A stretch of 64,000 nt of DNA. It comes from Mayamaea pseudoterrestris (taxonomy: Eukaryota). Made by a program: the position numbers and the translations under genes. Shown here one piece after another: positions 19,870 to 31,917 of this stretch. Numbering within the stretch: position 1 is the stretch's first letter; each line of letters starts with the position of its first letter. The notes under the pieces are model-generated. The model was not told the DNA's origin. It saw nothing but the letters and a program-made list of their open reading frames with translations, and did not search any database. The stretch lies in contig BROI01000002.1 in NCBI GenBank assembly GCA_027923505.1, positions 2,108,001-2,172,000 of the forward strand, written 5' to 3'.

Positions 19870-21135
19870 CTAGCGCTGTGCGTTCGTCGGCATTATTTCC
19901 GAAAGCCTCAAGTTCCAAATATCAAAGCCATTCGCTTCAGCTTGTGGCAGAGCGTCCTTTTCAACAGGAGTCGATTTCAAACGAGTCAAAAAGTCGAATG
20001 GAGATAATAGGCTGGTCGTCGTATTGAAAGAGTTCACGAAAGCGCCGCCAAGGGAAGAAGTAGCAGTCGAAATCTGATGGCCGACATCTCCTACGATAGC
20101 CTTTGCGTCATTGTCGCAATTTAGCGTCAAGTCTTGGCGGCACGAGCTGTCGCTTGGTGGGCTTGTTGCAAGGCCATCCGATTCTACCGCACGCAAGCAG
20201 TCACTCATCTGGCACTTGAAACGTTGTTCCAGCTCACGCAAATTCTTTTTCGAACGCTCGCTGTGGTCGTGGAATAGACTCGGCGCGTATTTACTTCCAT
20301 TTGGCGTGTACAAATGAAAGGACGGGTCATCGTGAAGCGCGTTCACCATAATGGCGGATACATCGTCTGGCTCTGAAGTGATTGGATGGCAACTTCCATA
20401 TCCATACACAGCAACCGACGATGCATCATTCACGAAGCTCGTTCCGTCGTCTTGGACAAGTGTATTCTTTATTAATTGTCCTTGTTGCTGTCGCTGCTGC
20501 TGTAGTCGTCGAATAATGTGAACATTAGCACGCAGTTGAACCAGCAGTTTCATTTCGGAATGCCGCAAGAACTCCCATTCATTTGCTTGCATAATAAAGG
20601 CCAACGTTTCTTGCATAGAGGGTTCCTCGACTTGCCAGCCAGCGTCAAATGGCGAAATTAAAACGACGAGTAGCCGAACGCAGGCAAGTCTCGTTACGTC
20701 TACCATGTTTGGAAGACAAAAGTACGCCGCTAGTATCTGCAGCGACTCATCCTCGATGAATGTTTCTTGCTCATGATAAATGCAAAGCTTTGCCAGAGCC
20801 TTGAGAACAACTGGTATTTGTACTCCAATGCGGTAGACGGATCGAAACAAGGCGAGTGCGTGCGGCTTGTCAAGCAAATGCATTGACAAATCAGCTTCCA
20901 CCTCGTCCCATTCGCAGTACGATTCAGCCTGGGAAAGAACCGTTTCGTAACTCTTCACGAGTTGAGTCGTCAAACGGCATACCGTGCAAATTGTAGGCGT
21001 GACGGGAGAGTAGCAAGAAGTCATCGGTATAACCGACAGCGGACTCTTTGTTTCTTCGTCCTGACATGATTCATGGCGCGAAGCAAACTCCTCGACACCA
21101 GCATCTTCACTGCTCCCAAAATGTACCTTCTCCAT
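19870..21135 (-). CDS. Hypothetical protein
   Basis: 421-aa ATG ORF with a helical central region; no family recognised. Confidence 0.65.
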   Translation of the reverse strand: MEKVHFGSSEDAGVEEFASRHESCQDEETKSPLSVIPMTSCYSPVTPTICTVCRLTTQLVKSYETVLSQAESYCEWDEVEADLSMHLLDKPHALALFRSVYRIGVQIPVVLKALAKLCIYHEQETFIEDESLQILAAYFCLPNMVDVTRLACVRLLVVLISPFDAGWQVEEPSMQETLAFIMQANEWEFLRHSEMKLLVQLRANVHIIRRLQQQRQQQGQLIKNTLVQDDGTSFVNDASSVAVYGYGSCHPITSEPDDVSAIMVNALHDDPSFHLYTPNGSKYAPSLFHDHSERSKKNLRELEQRFKCQMSDCLRAVESDGLATSPPSDSSCRQDLTLNCDNDAKAIVGDVGHQISTATSSLGGAFVNSFNTTTSLLSPFDFLTRLKSTPVEKDALPQAEANGFDIWNLRLSEIMPTNAQR

Positions 21136-21879
21136 GCTGAATTTGCCAGTCGTCGAGGTAGTGGAAGTTGGAAGGGTAACAAGTCTACGCCAGTCGATCG
21201 GACTCTCGAAATTGAGTCAGCGCCCACGAGCCACGAGGGAGCGAGATGACAGACGACCGCGGATGTACAATATAAGGCTAAGTCTGTACTTCCTCTATTA
21301 CTCCCATCAATATTCAATGAGCAAAAGTGTAAAGATTCGCGGCGGACTTTAAGCCATGAGCATCGTTTTGGAGGCGCGTCCCTCGTTTTTTGAAACGGAC
21401 GCGAGGAACGTGGACTCGTCGCCCATGGCGATCGCGATGACGCGATACCCACTCAACGCAATGTCGCAACGTGAATGACACGTTGTCACGAATGCTATTC
21501 GGGAAAGACCTTGTGTTTTCACAAACATATATCAATTTGCGATGCCACAAATGTTTGGTTTTGCAGTTACTCGTACAACATACTCTAAGGTATGAAACAA
21601 TTTAACAACTTGAGCTCTACGTCTACTATATCTATGATCATCGTAAATTCAGGGAGAGCATACCTTTGCTGGGCATGACAGTGATGAGAACAGTGGTGGT
21701 TATGAATGCAGCATTCGTTGGTTTTATCTGTTCCGGGTTGAGTCTTTTAAATTAACGGCTACTGTATTGAGTATCACGAGTTTTGACATGTTAAAGGTCG
21801 AGCTCAAGATTTTGCTATCAACATATTTTACTTGCTCACTACCGGGAGGAGTTCGAAAGCTACCATGACCTTTGCAGAA

Positions 21880-22308
21880 CTAATGGTCAATCGAGACAGG
21901 AAAGATCTGGCCGCGAATCTCTCCGTCCGGGCACATGTCAGTGTGAACGTTAAAGTACCAGCGCCCCTTCATGAGCTCCTTCTTCTGCGCCGGCGTAATG
22001 TCGTAGCAGTCCCCTGTTGCCGGCGTCTTGACAGGTTCACTCGACAGGACAAGAATGACATCGCCGGTATTGCCAATGCCAACCTCGGCTGGACCATGAA
22101 GGTGAGTGTACATTTCGGGGCCCGAAAGTCCAGTGTACGCGAGGTTGACGCACATGCGCAAGCCCTTGAGCGTGACAACGGCATTGCCAAGAGCTTCGGA
22201 TTTGTAGCAGCCATTCTGGGCGCCGCTCAACAAGGAGGTGAAGTAGTAGGCATGCGCAAAGGCGAAGCTGGGGAGGACGGCGGCGAGAAGGAGGCAGAAG
22301 AGCTTCAT
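21880..22308 (-). CDS. Secreted CHRD-domain protein
   Basis: Signal peptide (AFA-H) and CHRD signature HLHGPA...G...WYFNVHT...PDGEIRGQI. Confidence 0.9.
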   Translation of the reverse strand: MKLFCLLLAAVLPSFAFAHAYYFTSLLSGAQNGCYKSEALGNAVVTLKGLRMCVNLAYTGLSGPEMYTHLHGPAEVGIGNTGDVILVLSSEPVKTPATGDCYDITPAQKKELMKGRWYFNVHTDMCPDGEIRGQIFPVSIDH

Positions 22309-23009
22309 GGCAGAACGAGGTGTGCGATGATGCGGTGAAAAAGTGAGATGTTGTCAACTCACAAGATCTTTTTTGGCGTTGACGGAGCGTTTCGCCTTCG
22401 TACCCAGATCTATGATATCAGGGAGTTCGCTTCACTGCTTTCTTAGTATTGCACACTACGCTCCAACACTCGTTGGCGCCCGGCATGCAACAAAAGAGAA
22501 TTATCCAACTCAATTTTGTGGAGGGGCATAGCAAATACTCACTGCTCGAGGTGCAATTACTCCAGCACGCGCTTGAAAGATCAGCACGCGTCGGCTCGTG
22601 TTATATTGGAAGCTGCCTCATGTTACTTTATTGAAAAAAAACGCATAAGATATAAAGTTTGGGCACTTGCAAATAGTGACACTGATGTCAGTGACGGGAT
22701 TTGCTCGACGGTTGGCCAGGAGAACAAGACAACTCATTCGGGTCATGCTTACATAATATATTAATCGCGATACACGAATGATTGCTCCGTGCGCCTAATT
22801 AAAAGGTCCGCATAAGTAGGCATGATCAATGCGCACTCTACGATGACACGGTGATTGCCGAATATTTAGCGAGCTACCTTGCGAAATGCCAAGCCACGCG
22901 CCAGGGCCAAGCATCCACGAAACCGCTACGACACAGAAACTTGCCGACATCGCGCATTTCCATTTCCAATTCCATCGCAATTAGCATCGTTGTTTTGATG
23001 TATCATAGG

Positions 23010-24497
23010 ATGTCTGTCTCTCCATTCTCATCATCATCTTCGCCCGTACTGTCTCCCGAAGATGTCCAAGTGTTTGGATGCGACACATGGCCGTTGCACT
23101 ACGCCTGCCGCGTCGGAAATCTTGAGCATGTTCAATTCCTGGTGGACGTTCGAAAATATTCCGTCAATCAAATGGACTCTCATAATGCAAGTCCATTGTA
23201 CTTGGCGGCACTCTGTGGTCACAATGATATCTGTCGTTTCTTGTTGGAACGCGGTGCCAAGTGCGATCCGATTGGTGATGCCGCTCGGGTTTTCTACGTT
23301 GCCTTGACACCCGAATTGAGGAATCTGTTGCGTGAATGGAGCTTGACGGCAGCCTCACGCGATCCATGGCTGGAAAGTATGAGAATGACGTTTCAGACGG
23401 GAGTGCATTCGGATTGCCGTGCAACTATTGCAGGCGCGGAGATCAAGTTGCACCGCGTCATATTGCAGATGCGTTGCCCAAAGTTGTTGAAATATGTTCG
23501 CTCAGTACTTGACAGCGATTTAAACGAGCTGCACCTTCCTTTGGAGCACGCGAAAGACAAGGTGATGCTGGACATACTTGAGTACCTCTACACTGGCGTG
23601 TTCGAAGCTCGAGATATTGAGACGGCCTTATCTGCAGTTGATCTTGCCAACTGTTACGAATTGGAAGAGTTGCAGCGGAAACTACAAAATATCGTGGCCA
23701 AGTACGATTGTAAAAATGTGTTTCGTTGCGAAGTCAACTTTGCCATGAAACTCAAAGACGACATGCGTCGATTGGCTGGCCTCGTTTCCAAGCCTCATGC
23801 TGAAGTTGAATCGCTCTCCGCCCTTGCACAACTGGTAGATTTCGCCGACACGACGCTACAATGCCATGGCAGTACCTGGTCCCTACACAAGTTCCGTTTG
23901 AATGGATCGGAATACTTTGAGCGAGCTCTTTCTGGAGGCTTTCGGGAAGCGCAAGCGTCCATGCTGGACTTGAGTTACATGGTAGAGTCGTCGGAGATTT
24001 TGACGTTTGTCATTCAGTGGATGTACTGCGACGAATTTTTGGAGATGCCATCGGTTGAAGCTGCGATTGACATTATTGACATTGGATACATGCTCATTTG
24101 TCCTAGGCTGTCTGCCTACGTTGCTAACTCCGTTCTCATATCAGTTGTTGTCGCCGATAATGCCATGGACTTAATATCACTCGCTCGTGAGCATGATATG
24201 GAGAAACTGGAGGAACGCTGCGTTGAAGAAATAGCTGCTAATATGGAATTCTTCGCAGATGACGAAGTGTTGTTTTCCTTGCTCCATGACGAAGCCAAAG
24301 ACATTAAGCAAGGCGGCGATGAGCGAGTGATTGATGTTCCATTGGCAGCTGAGATCCGGCGGGCCATAAAGAATCGATTCGCCGACATGGACGATGAGCG
24401 AGACGCAAATCTTGCTGCGCTGCAGCTGCTGATGGACAAGATCACTGGGAAGCTGGCTGTGGATATGGCCATGGCATCGTACGATCGCAAACGCTGA
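23010..24497 (+). CDS. ABTB1: Ankyrin repeat and BTB/POZ domain protein (ABTB1-like)
   Basis: Two ankyrin repeats (PLHYACRVG, SPLYLAALCGH) followed by two BTB domains (LHRVILQMRC...EYLYTG; LHKFRL..SEYF...GGFRE). Start is either 22998 or 23010. Confidence 0.85.
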   Translation: MSVSPFSSSSSPVLSPEDVQVFGCDTWPLHYACRVGNLEHVQFLVDVRKYSVNQMDSHNASPLYLAALCGHNDICRFLLERGAKCDPIGDAARVFYVALTPELRNLLREWSLTAASRDPWLESMRMTFQTGVHSDCRATIAGAEIKLHRVILQMRCPKLLKYVRSVLDSDLNELHLPLEHAKDKVMLDILEYLYTGVFEARDIETALSAVDLANCYELEELQRKLQNIVAKYDCKNVFRCEVNFAMKLKDDMRRLAGLVSKPHAEVESLSALAQLVDFADTTLQCHGSTWSLHKFRLNGSEYFERALSGGFREAQASMLDLSYMVESSEILTFVIQWMYCDEFLEMPSVEAAIDIIDIGYMLICPRLSAYVANSVLISVVVADNAMDLISLAREHDMEKLEERCVEEIAANMEFFADDEVLFSLLHDEAKDIKQGGDERVIDVPLAAEIRRAIKNRFADMDDERDANLAALQLLMDKITGKLAVDMAMASYDRKR

Positions 24498-24632
24498 GGA
24501 ATGTTCTCGGTTTTCTGATTTCGAAACATAACACGGGCAGAAGATAGCTCGAATCGCATCGGTACTCACGTACGTGAGCCATCGTCGCGGATTCGGCTTC
24601 ACATTGTTCTTCCAAAATACGACAACTCCACC

Positions 24633-26386
24633 ATGGTGTTTCTCGCCCTGTCAACCCTGGTCAGGACACCGACATTGACTGCTCCATGCATTCGAAGCTT
24701 TGGCTTACTGCGTCTTAACAAGCTGCCTCCAAGTGGAACTCGCACCAAGATTGTTTGCACGCTGGGTCCTTCGACCGACACGGCCGAACGAGTCCAAGAT
24801 CTTGTTAGCAATGGCATGCATGTTGTTCGACTCAACTTTTCACATGCTGGAAGTGACTACTCGTATCCAGAGCAGTGTATGCAGTTGGTGAGGAGCTCTT
24901 CCGGTAATCATGTTTTACTGTCGACGGGCGCCATCCATCAAGCTCCAGATGCTCCAATGAACCTTCGCGCCATCTTGTAAGTGACGCTGTACCATTCTTG
25001 TCGCGCTAAAGAGCCACTTACTCATAGAAAAACTCGTCTTTCAACTTCCATTACAGAGTCGATACCAAGGGACCAGAGATACGAACGGGTCCCTTGCCGG
25101 AAAACAAGGACGTGATTGAAATTGCCACTGGAGCTCGGGTTTGCCTCACGACCAAGGATGTAACACAAGAGTCCGCATCCGATCCAAAATATCTAAAACT
25201 ACAAGTTGACTATCCATCCATTGCTCGATCCGTCGAAATTGGAAAGGAAGTCTTGTTGGATGACGGATTAATTGCTTTGCAGGTTGTGGAGATTGAGAGT
25301 GAAAAGGTCATTTGTTTGGCGCTCAACGGAGGCCCCATTAAGAAGAACAAGGGCGTCAACCTACCCGGCATGCACATTGACTTGCCCGCACTCACTGACA
25401 AGGACAAGCGCGACTTACGTTGGGCCTGTGAGGTGGGCGCCGACTTTGTCGCAGCCTCGTTCATTCGAACTCCAGCCAATGTACGATCCGTCATTGCCTA
25501 TCTGGACAGATGCATTATTGACCTTCCGCCGTTGGCCGACGGAAAACAGCCACTGCGGCCATTGGTAATCAGCAAGATTGAAAACAAGGAAGGTGTTGAC
25601 AACTTTGACGAAATTTTGGAGGAGAGTGATGGCATCATGGTGGCTCGCGGTGATCTTGGCGTTGAAATTCCCTACACCAAAGTATTCGCCGCGCAAAAGA
25701 TGATGGTGGAGAAGTGCAACAGTGTTGGTAAACCCGTCATTGTCGCCACGCAAATGCTTGACAGCATGATTCGCAACCCTCGTCCAACACGCGCCGAAGT
25801 TACCGACGTTGGTACTGCCGTGCTTGATGGAGCGGATGCCGTCATGCTTTCGGGAGAGACTGCTGCTGGAAAATATCCAGTGGAGGCGCTTAAAGCCATG
25901 GCAAGCATTGCCTGGGAGGCGGATCAAATTTACGATGCGCAAAGTATTAGTGCCTGGAACCAGTCGCTGCACGATCGCATGAGCCCGCTCGACCAAGAGT
26001 TGGATACTATTGCTTCATCTGCTGTTCGATCTGCCAAGGACATGAACGCCAAGGTCATTACATTAATTTCGATGAGCGGAGCCGTTGCAAGAGCAGTCGC
26101 AAGGCACAAGCCGACTGTTCCCGTGATTGCCTTTTGCACCGACCCTCAAGTTGCTCGCCGCCTTCAGCTCCATCGCTCCATTACGCCCGTCATGCTGCAC
26201 ACGGAACAAGACTTGGCGAGCTCGCAGACTAGCTTTGGCAAGCTGCGTGCCGAAGCCATGCGAACGGCCAAGGAGATTGGCTACGCACGAAGTGGTGACC
26301 GCATCATCATGGTGGATCGCAATCCTGGTCGAGTCAACGACATGCACAAGTTCTCACACAATATGAAAGTCGTCACCCTAATTTAA
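24633..26386 (+). CDS. PK: Pyruvate kinase, probably mitochondrial, 2 exons
   Basis: RTKIVCTLGP; intron 24977-25056 restores AILVDTKGPEIRTG; also MVARGDLGVE, ATQMLDSM and MLSGETA. The N-terminal extension is Arg/Ser/Thr-rich and lacks acidic residues. Confidence 0.95.
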
Positions 26387-26569
26387 CGTGATATTGCATA
26401 CATCGATAACTTTGTGCTCCTGCAAAGTATAGCTAATTAATCGTCGGAGTTGACGATCTCAAGAAGTGTAAGTACCGGTACGACGTTTAGACCCCAAAGG
26501 GCGATCAACCGCGACCACGAGAATCGCTTCATTTGAAAGAACAAAAACGGTTCGCGGCTACTATACATC

Positions 26570-27445
26570 ATGACCACGAGAACGAGACGTTTACATGTCC
26601 GAGACCCATCGAAAGATGAGGAATCTTGTAGCTTGCATGAAGATGACGAGGAGTCAGATGTTGAAGATGCGAGCGATAACTACGACTTTGAGCGTGCTGG
26701 TCGGGAGGAGGACGATTTGGAACGCAACGACGACGATGGATCAGTCAATGGTGACGAAAATAGTGCATCCGCAACAACTTCAAAACCCCGCATTGTCCAC
26801 AAACTATCATTGACCAAGACGGAAGATTTCAACAAAGTTCTCAAGCGTCGCGGCGTTATTTACATTGCTCGCGTCCCTCCTCGCATGACCCCGACCAAGC
26901 TCAAGACTATATTGAGCGACTTTGGTCAAGTGACACGCATTTATCTCGTTGAGGAGGACAAGAGCGTTCGCAAGAAGCGGCGCAAAATGACTGGCAACGC
27001 ATCCAAACGTTACACGGAAGGTTGGATTGAGTTTGCCAAAAAGTCCGTTGCCAAGTCGGTGGCACTGTCACTGCAAAACACCCCCATTTCAAATCATAAG
27101 CGCAATACACACTATGGAGACCTTTGGTGTCTCAAGTACTTGAGCAAGTTCAAATGGAGTCACTTGACGGAAAAGGTTGCGTATGAACGACGCGTGAGGG
27201 AACAAAGGCTGCGACTTGAAACCATGCAGGCTCGCAAGGAGGTGCAGGCGTACAAGCAGCTGGTGGAGACGGGAAAGAAGATTAACATGATTGAGCAGCG
27301 CAAGCGACGACGAGACGAGCGTCACGGCAAACAGTCGGAGGAGGAAAGGCACCCGCAAACGAAGCGGACCAATCGGCAAGTCAGGGAGCTGGGCGATGAG
27401 GGAAATGGGAAGGCAAAGAAAGCATTGCTTGCTGGCTTGGTATAG
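26570..27445 (+). CDS. ESF2: Pre-rRNA-processing protein ESF2/ABT1
   Basis: RRM with GVIYIARVPP, YTEGWIEF and DLWCLKYLSKFKWSHLTE. Confidence 0.93.
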   Translation: MTTRTRRLHVRDPSKDEESCSLHEDDEESDVEDASDNYDFERAGREEDDLERNDDDGSVNGDENSASATTSKPRIVHKLSLTKTEDFNKVLKRRGVIYIARVPPRMTPTKLKTILSDFGQVTRIYLVEEDKSVRKKRRKMTGNASKRYTEGWIEFAKKSVAKSVALSLQNTPISNHKRNTHYGDLWCLKYLSKFKWSHLTEKVAYERRVREQRLRLETMQARKEVQAYKQLVETGKKINMIEQRKRRRDERHGKQSEEERHPQTKRTNRQVRELGDEGNGKAKKALLAGLV

Positions 27446-27486
27446 TTACGAAATGGTAGCGTTTAAAGGTTTGACCGCGTTTCGTG

Positions 27487-28176
27487 TCAGGATTTGTCCA
27501 TTGCTATTATAAGATTATCTAGTGCCCGGATCGCATCCTTAATCTCGCTTAGTATTGTCAGTTGCGCCACCACTGTAGCTCCCATCTCGCCGCGTAAACC
27601 TTGTCCGATGGTAACATCGACACTGTTCCACGAAACGTATACTTGCTCCACGACACTTTCCAGCTGCTGACGTCTCAGCGACTGAATCGTTTCGCTTGCT
27701 TCACTGATGTTTACCTGCGAGTCTGCAGTTAGCAGTACACGACCCGCTACAGTCACTTGTGGCAGCAGCTTCAAAACCATGATACCAGCTTCTTCCAAAC
27801 GTCCAGCAGTTACCACCTCTATTATATCATCAGCAGCCAGTCGCTGCTCTCGTAAATTTTTCATTGCTTCCTTCTTCGTGGCCGGTGACTTGATTGGCGG
27901 AACGTAACGCGTGTCGGGCGCAAACTTTTTCAAAGCAGCTTCAGTTCCAACGTATGGAAGAATGGCATCGTCTATCGGAACCTTGTAGACTCCTATGCAA
28001 TCTGGCGATAAATCGCCTGGCAAGCAAGCTGCACTTGCGTGTTCGAGAGCAACGATCATTCCGACGAGCGTGCAGCCGCCAGCAGCAGCCAAGCGAGCAA
28101 AGGCTCTGCGACGGCAGACAATATTCAAGGCTACGGCGTCTGCTATTAACATGATAGATAAGATTAAGCTCGTCAT
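27487..28176 (-). CDS. Plastid thylakoid-lumen protein (tripartite targeting), possibly PsbQ-like helical bundle
   Basis: Signal peptide from the ATG at 28176, twin-Arg motif RRRAF, hydrophobic stretch and ASA cleavage site, then CLPGDLSPDC. Confidence 0.7.
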   Translation of the reverse strand: MTSLILSIMLIADAVALNIVCRRRAFARLAAAGGCTLVGMIVALEHASAACLPGDLSPDCIGVYKVPIDDAILPYVGTEAALKKFAPDTRYVPPIKSPATKKEAMKNLREQRLAADDIIEVVTAGRLEEAGIMVLKLLPQVTVAGRVLLTADSQVNISEASETIQSLRRQQLESVVEQVYVSWNSVDVTIGQGLRGEMGATVVAQLTILSEIKDAIRALDNLIIAMDKS

Positions 28177-28852
28177 GTACTTGTAACAACAGCGAGACCT
28201 CATTAACTGTAAAGGATCGATCGCTGACGACATCCGTTTCCTCCTTCGTTCTCCAATCCTAATTTTACAAGCGAATTATGCGCCAGCAGAACAATGAAAG
28301 CATGTAATAGCTAAATGATTGTTTCGTAGTTTCTAAAAGCATTTGTGACGTTAGAGTGGAAGAAGCCCTTGGACACCAGTAGAGTCGATTGTCCATTGTC
28401 CATTGCCCGCCGACATTCGACACGCGCCGACGTTCGAACGAGCGTCCAAAACCGCTGCGAGACTGATCTACTTTGCGCTGTATCAATAGCAGGCGCAACG
28501 AAACAACATCACTCAATTTTACATAGCGCTTACCCTTTGACAGTCGACTGTAGGAAACTGTGCATGATAGTTTCATGTTTACTGTTGATTCATGCCAAAA
28601 GAATGAAGCAGAGAAAAGTGAGGCGATGTGAGCTCATTCGTCACAGTGGTTATGCTATGAGAACCGAAGTGACACATGTGACGATGACAATCATCTCGTC
28701 GCGGCGCGAGGCGCGACCACACAAAGCCCTCGCCTTGCTCAGTTTGTTGAAAGTAGTTCTTTCCGCTTTACAAGCAGAGCGGAGCAGAGCTTGAGTGTTC
28801 CTCTCAAGTCTCCCTGACGTCACTCACCTTGCTCGATGCTTGACCGCCGAGC

Positions 28853-30230
28853 ATGCGCCATCAGTGCTGCAGCTTGGTCACGCGGCTGTCCATTACCATA
28901 GCTGTGCTTGCAATCGTCATGTCCTTGGCGAAAGGATTTTTGGGCGGAGGAGTACTGTGGGGAGCTGCGCCGCGACTATCCAGCATGGGATCGTCGCCAG
29001 CGTCCTTTGCTTCATCGTGGCTAAAAGCACTTGCAACGAATCACACGGCCGACAAGATTCACTTGATCGTCTTGGTGCATGGCTGGATGGGAAATCCCGA
29101 CGAACTCAAGTATCTTCAATCGGCCATTGAGCAGCGGGCATCCAGACTCGATGACCATCAGTCCGTCTTGGTCTACAGCGTCCGAAGCAACGAGCACAAC
29201 ACGTCGGATGGCATAGTCGCTGGCGGCACGCGCGTCTCCGCCGAGGTGAACGAAATACTGGCCCAGCTGGCGGCCCAAGCCACGTCGGAACTATCCGTGA
29301 GCTTCGTTGGTCACTCGCTGGGCGGTTTGTACGCGCGATATTCGTTAAGTGAGCTGCAGTTCGAGCACCACGTTGCAACGACGGGCTCCAGCACGCGCAG
29401 CGTCCTAGTCACACCAAAAATCTTTTGCACCACGGCCACGCCGCACCTTGGCGTGTCTGGATATACGTATCTGCCACTACCACGCGCCGCCGAGTACATC
29501 GTGGCGCATGCTATGCAACCCACGGGACGCGACTTGTTTCGCTTCACAAACGTGCTGGAGCGCATGGTTACCGAACCATCGTTCATGAATCCCCTCGGCA
29601 AGTTTGCCAAACGCATCGCGTACGCCTGCGCGCATGCCACCGACTTTCAGGTGCCAACGGCAACGGCGGCCTTTTTGTCAAATGCAGATACGCTGCATGC
29701 GCGGGTGGCGGTGAAGCGAGAGGAAGAGTTTGTCGCCGTTGCCGTCGAGACGGAGCAGCGAGCGCTAAATGAACCGCCAAGCACAGACCAGCCACTGTCG
29801 GCGACGAAACTGGCGGAGCGATTGGATGCACTCGGATGGCGCAAGGTGTTTTACGACATGCGCAATACGCTTCCATCGCTGGCCGTTCCGTTTTTCACGC
29901 CACCGGCGGTGGAAACGAGCCACAAGAGCAGGTACACGTCGGCGGAACTGCTGCGCGAGTATGCGTCGTGGAAGACGGAACGCATTCATTTTCCCATGGG
30001 ACATAACATTTTGGTCGCCAATGCCAAGAATGAAGCGTACGCCAAGATGAATGCCGCAGGCCAACCAGTGTAAGTGAATGGCAGGCAGCGCTGGTCGTGT
30101 TCTGGCGTGTTGTTATTTCTGTGCTTACAAACCTTTTACGCGTGCCTGCAGAATGGATCAGTTAGCTGCATATCTTGTACAGGAAATCACTGGAGTCTCT
30201 GTCGATGATGAGGAACCGGGCACCAGCTAG
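28853..30230 (+). CDS. DUF676 putative lipase/serine esterase, 2 exons
   Basis: LVHGWMG, nucleophile elbow GHSLGGL and ATPHLG. Intron 30070-30151 extends the protein to GQPVMDQLAAYLVQEI...* with the stop at 30228-30230. Confidence 0.88.
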
Positions 30231-30861
30231 CATCTTGTCATTGACGAACTAATGTCGTCTCGTCTCAACACTAAACCTCACATTTAGTTTTTGTGTTTGA
30301 CGCGACTCCGTTGGCAACGCGCCTTGTTGCTCGGTTGGATTCTTGTTGCGGCGCCACGGTGGCGAACCTTGACATGAGTCTGTCTTTACTATCTCGGCCA
30401 CTTCTCTTGGCCATCACGTGGCGCATCCCAGGTACGTCTCCGTTGACGGCATTGGTGACTCTATCATAATGATGCACAAGAGATCGAGGATGAAGAGACA
30501 AAAAACAATCAAGGATCGATAGGACTGAAACATATTGTGTTGTCAATCGTAAAACTTTGCTGACTCGCTCATGAAATGCACACACATTGATCATCTGCCG
30601 ACTTGAACTCTTACTCACTCGACCAATCCTTTTCTTACATATCGAGAAGGATATTGATACGAAGACATTTGCAACGAGTCACGTTATATCTGGACAGACG
30701 GTTAGAATACCATATATAAAGCCTACTTTTACAAGCTGTGCTTAAAAAAATTGAAACGACACGATTAAATGCAAGTTTTATCATCTATACGCTTTAAATA
30801 CTTTTAACCGTCTTCGTCGAACATTCTACACATAAATATATCTATTCAAACCCCAGTTGCT

Positions 30862-31730
30862 TTAGAGCTCCGCCTTGGTTTCTGATCCAGCTGTCGCTGC
30901 CTCGCCGCTCGCGACAAGCTTGGCAGCAGCGATAATGATATCCATCTCAAAGTCGGTACCGACCTGCTCGTCATAAGAATATTGAAGGTTGCCTATAGTG
31001 CAGAACGTGAAAGAGAAGGATACGTTAAGAGAACATACGATGTAGAAGGAGCACGATCCGCGCAATTCGTTCGTATGCCGCTGTTGTCCAAACAAAAAAT
31101 TAACGTACCATCCCTGTCAAACAAAAGAAGCCCTCCTTGAATGAAACCTTCTCCCTTGAAGTTTCCGTCTATGTTCTTTTCCTTTAGCTTCTTCTTGAGA
31201 TCCTTGTACCCCTGATACAAGCGAAACGGATTCCACGTGGTCAAACCAATTTTTCGACTCCCAAACGCTGTGTAGACGGCACGTTCTTCATCCTTAAACG
31301 TTGGATAGTCGAAATATTTGTCATGAAACTCGATCAATCCCTCGTCGTCAACGCCAGTTTCCTTGACAATGGCCCAAAGCGCAAAATCCTTCAAGCTGCC
31401 AGCCGACTCCTTCAATTGAAGCGCATGCTGACGACAAAGTGTGCATCCCGGTCGACGCACGACAAAGCAAAGACTACCAGCTGGTCCAGCTAAGTCCTTG
31501 GCAGCTTGACGCAGTGACACAATCGCATCTTTGCTTTCCGAAACATGCTTTGTTTGCTCCACTTCGGCGTACGGAAAATCGAGCGGAGTCAGTTTGGTGT
31601 CGTCCAGCAAACCGGGAAGCGCGGAGCGCAAGTTGCTGGAAATCATGTTGGTGGCGTTGGGAAGGACGGCAAGGGCGCGAGCTAGCGTCATGGTTTGGAG
31701 TAACAGAAATAGTAGCAGGATCATTGTCAT
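30862..31730 (-). CDS. Peroxiredoxin-like 2 / AhpC-TSA_2 (SelU/PRXL2A-like) redoxin, secretory pathway, 2 exons
   Basis: Signal peptide, VRRPGCTLCR (CxxC) and QGGLLLF. Intron 30993-31108. C-terminus KAEL. Confidence 0.85.
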
Positions 31731-31917
31731 GGTGTTTGCTGCGAACGAGCTAGTGTGAATGAGTCGAATGAATCGCGTGGCGCGCCTGTCGAACCCCATG
31801 GAAGATCCAGTTTCGGTGAGTCAGACTTTTTCTGTCGCATCAAAACGTCCATGGCGCGTTTCGCTCGACACTTCATGCTTGACTGGCCTACTTATACACA
31901 CTGTGCTCTATCTGTCC

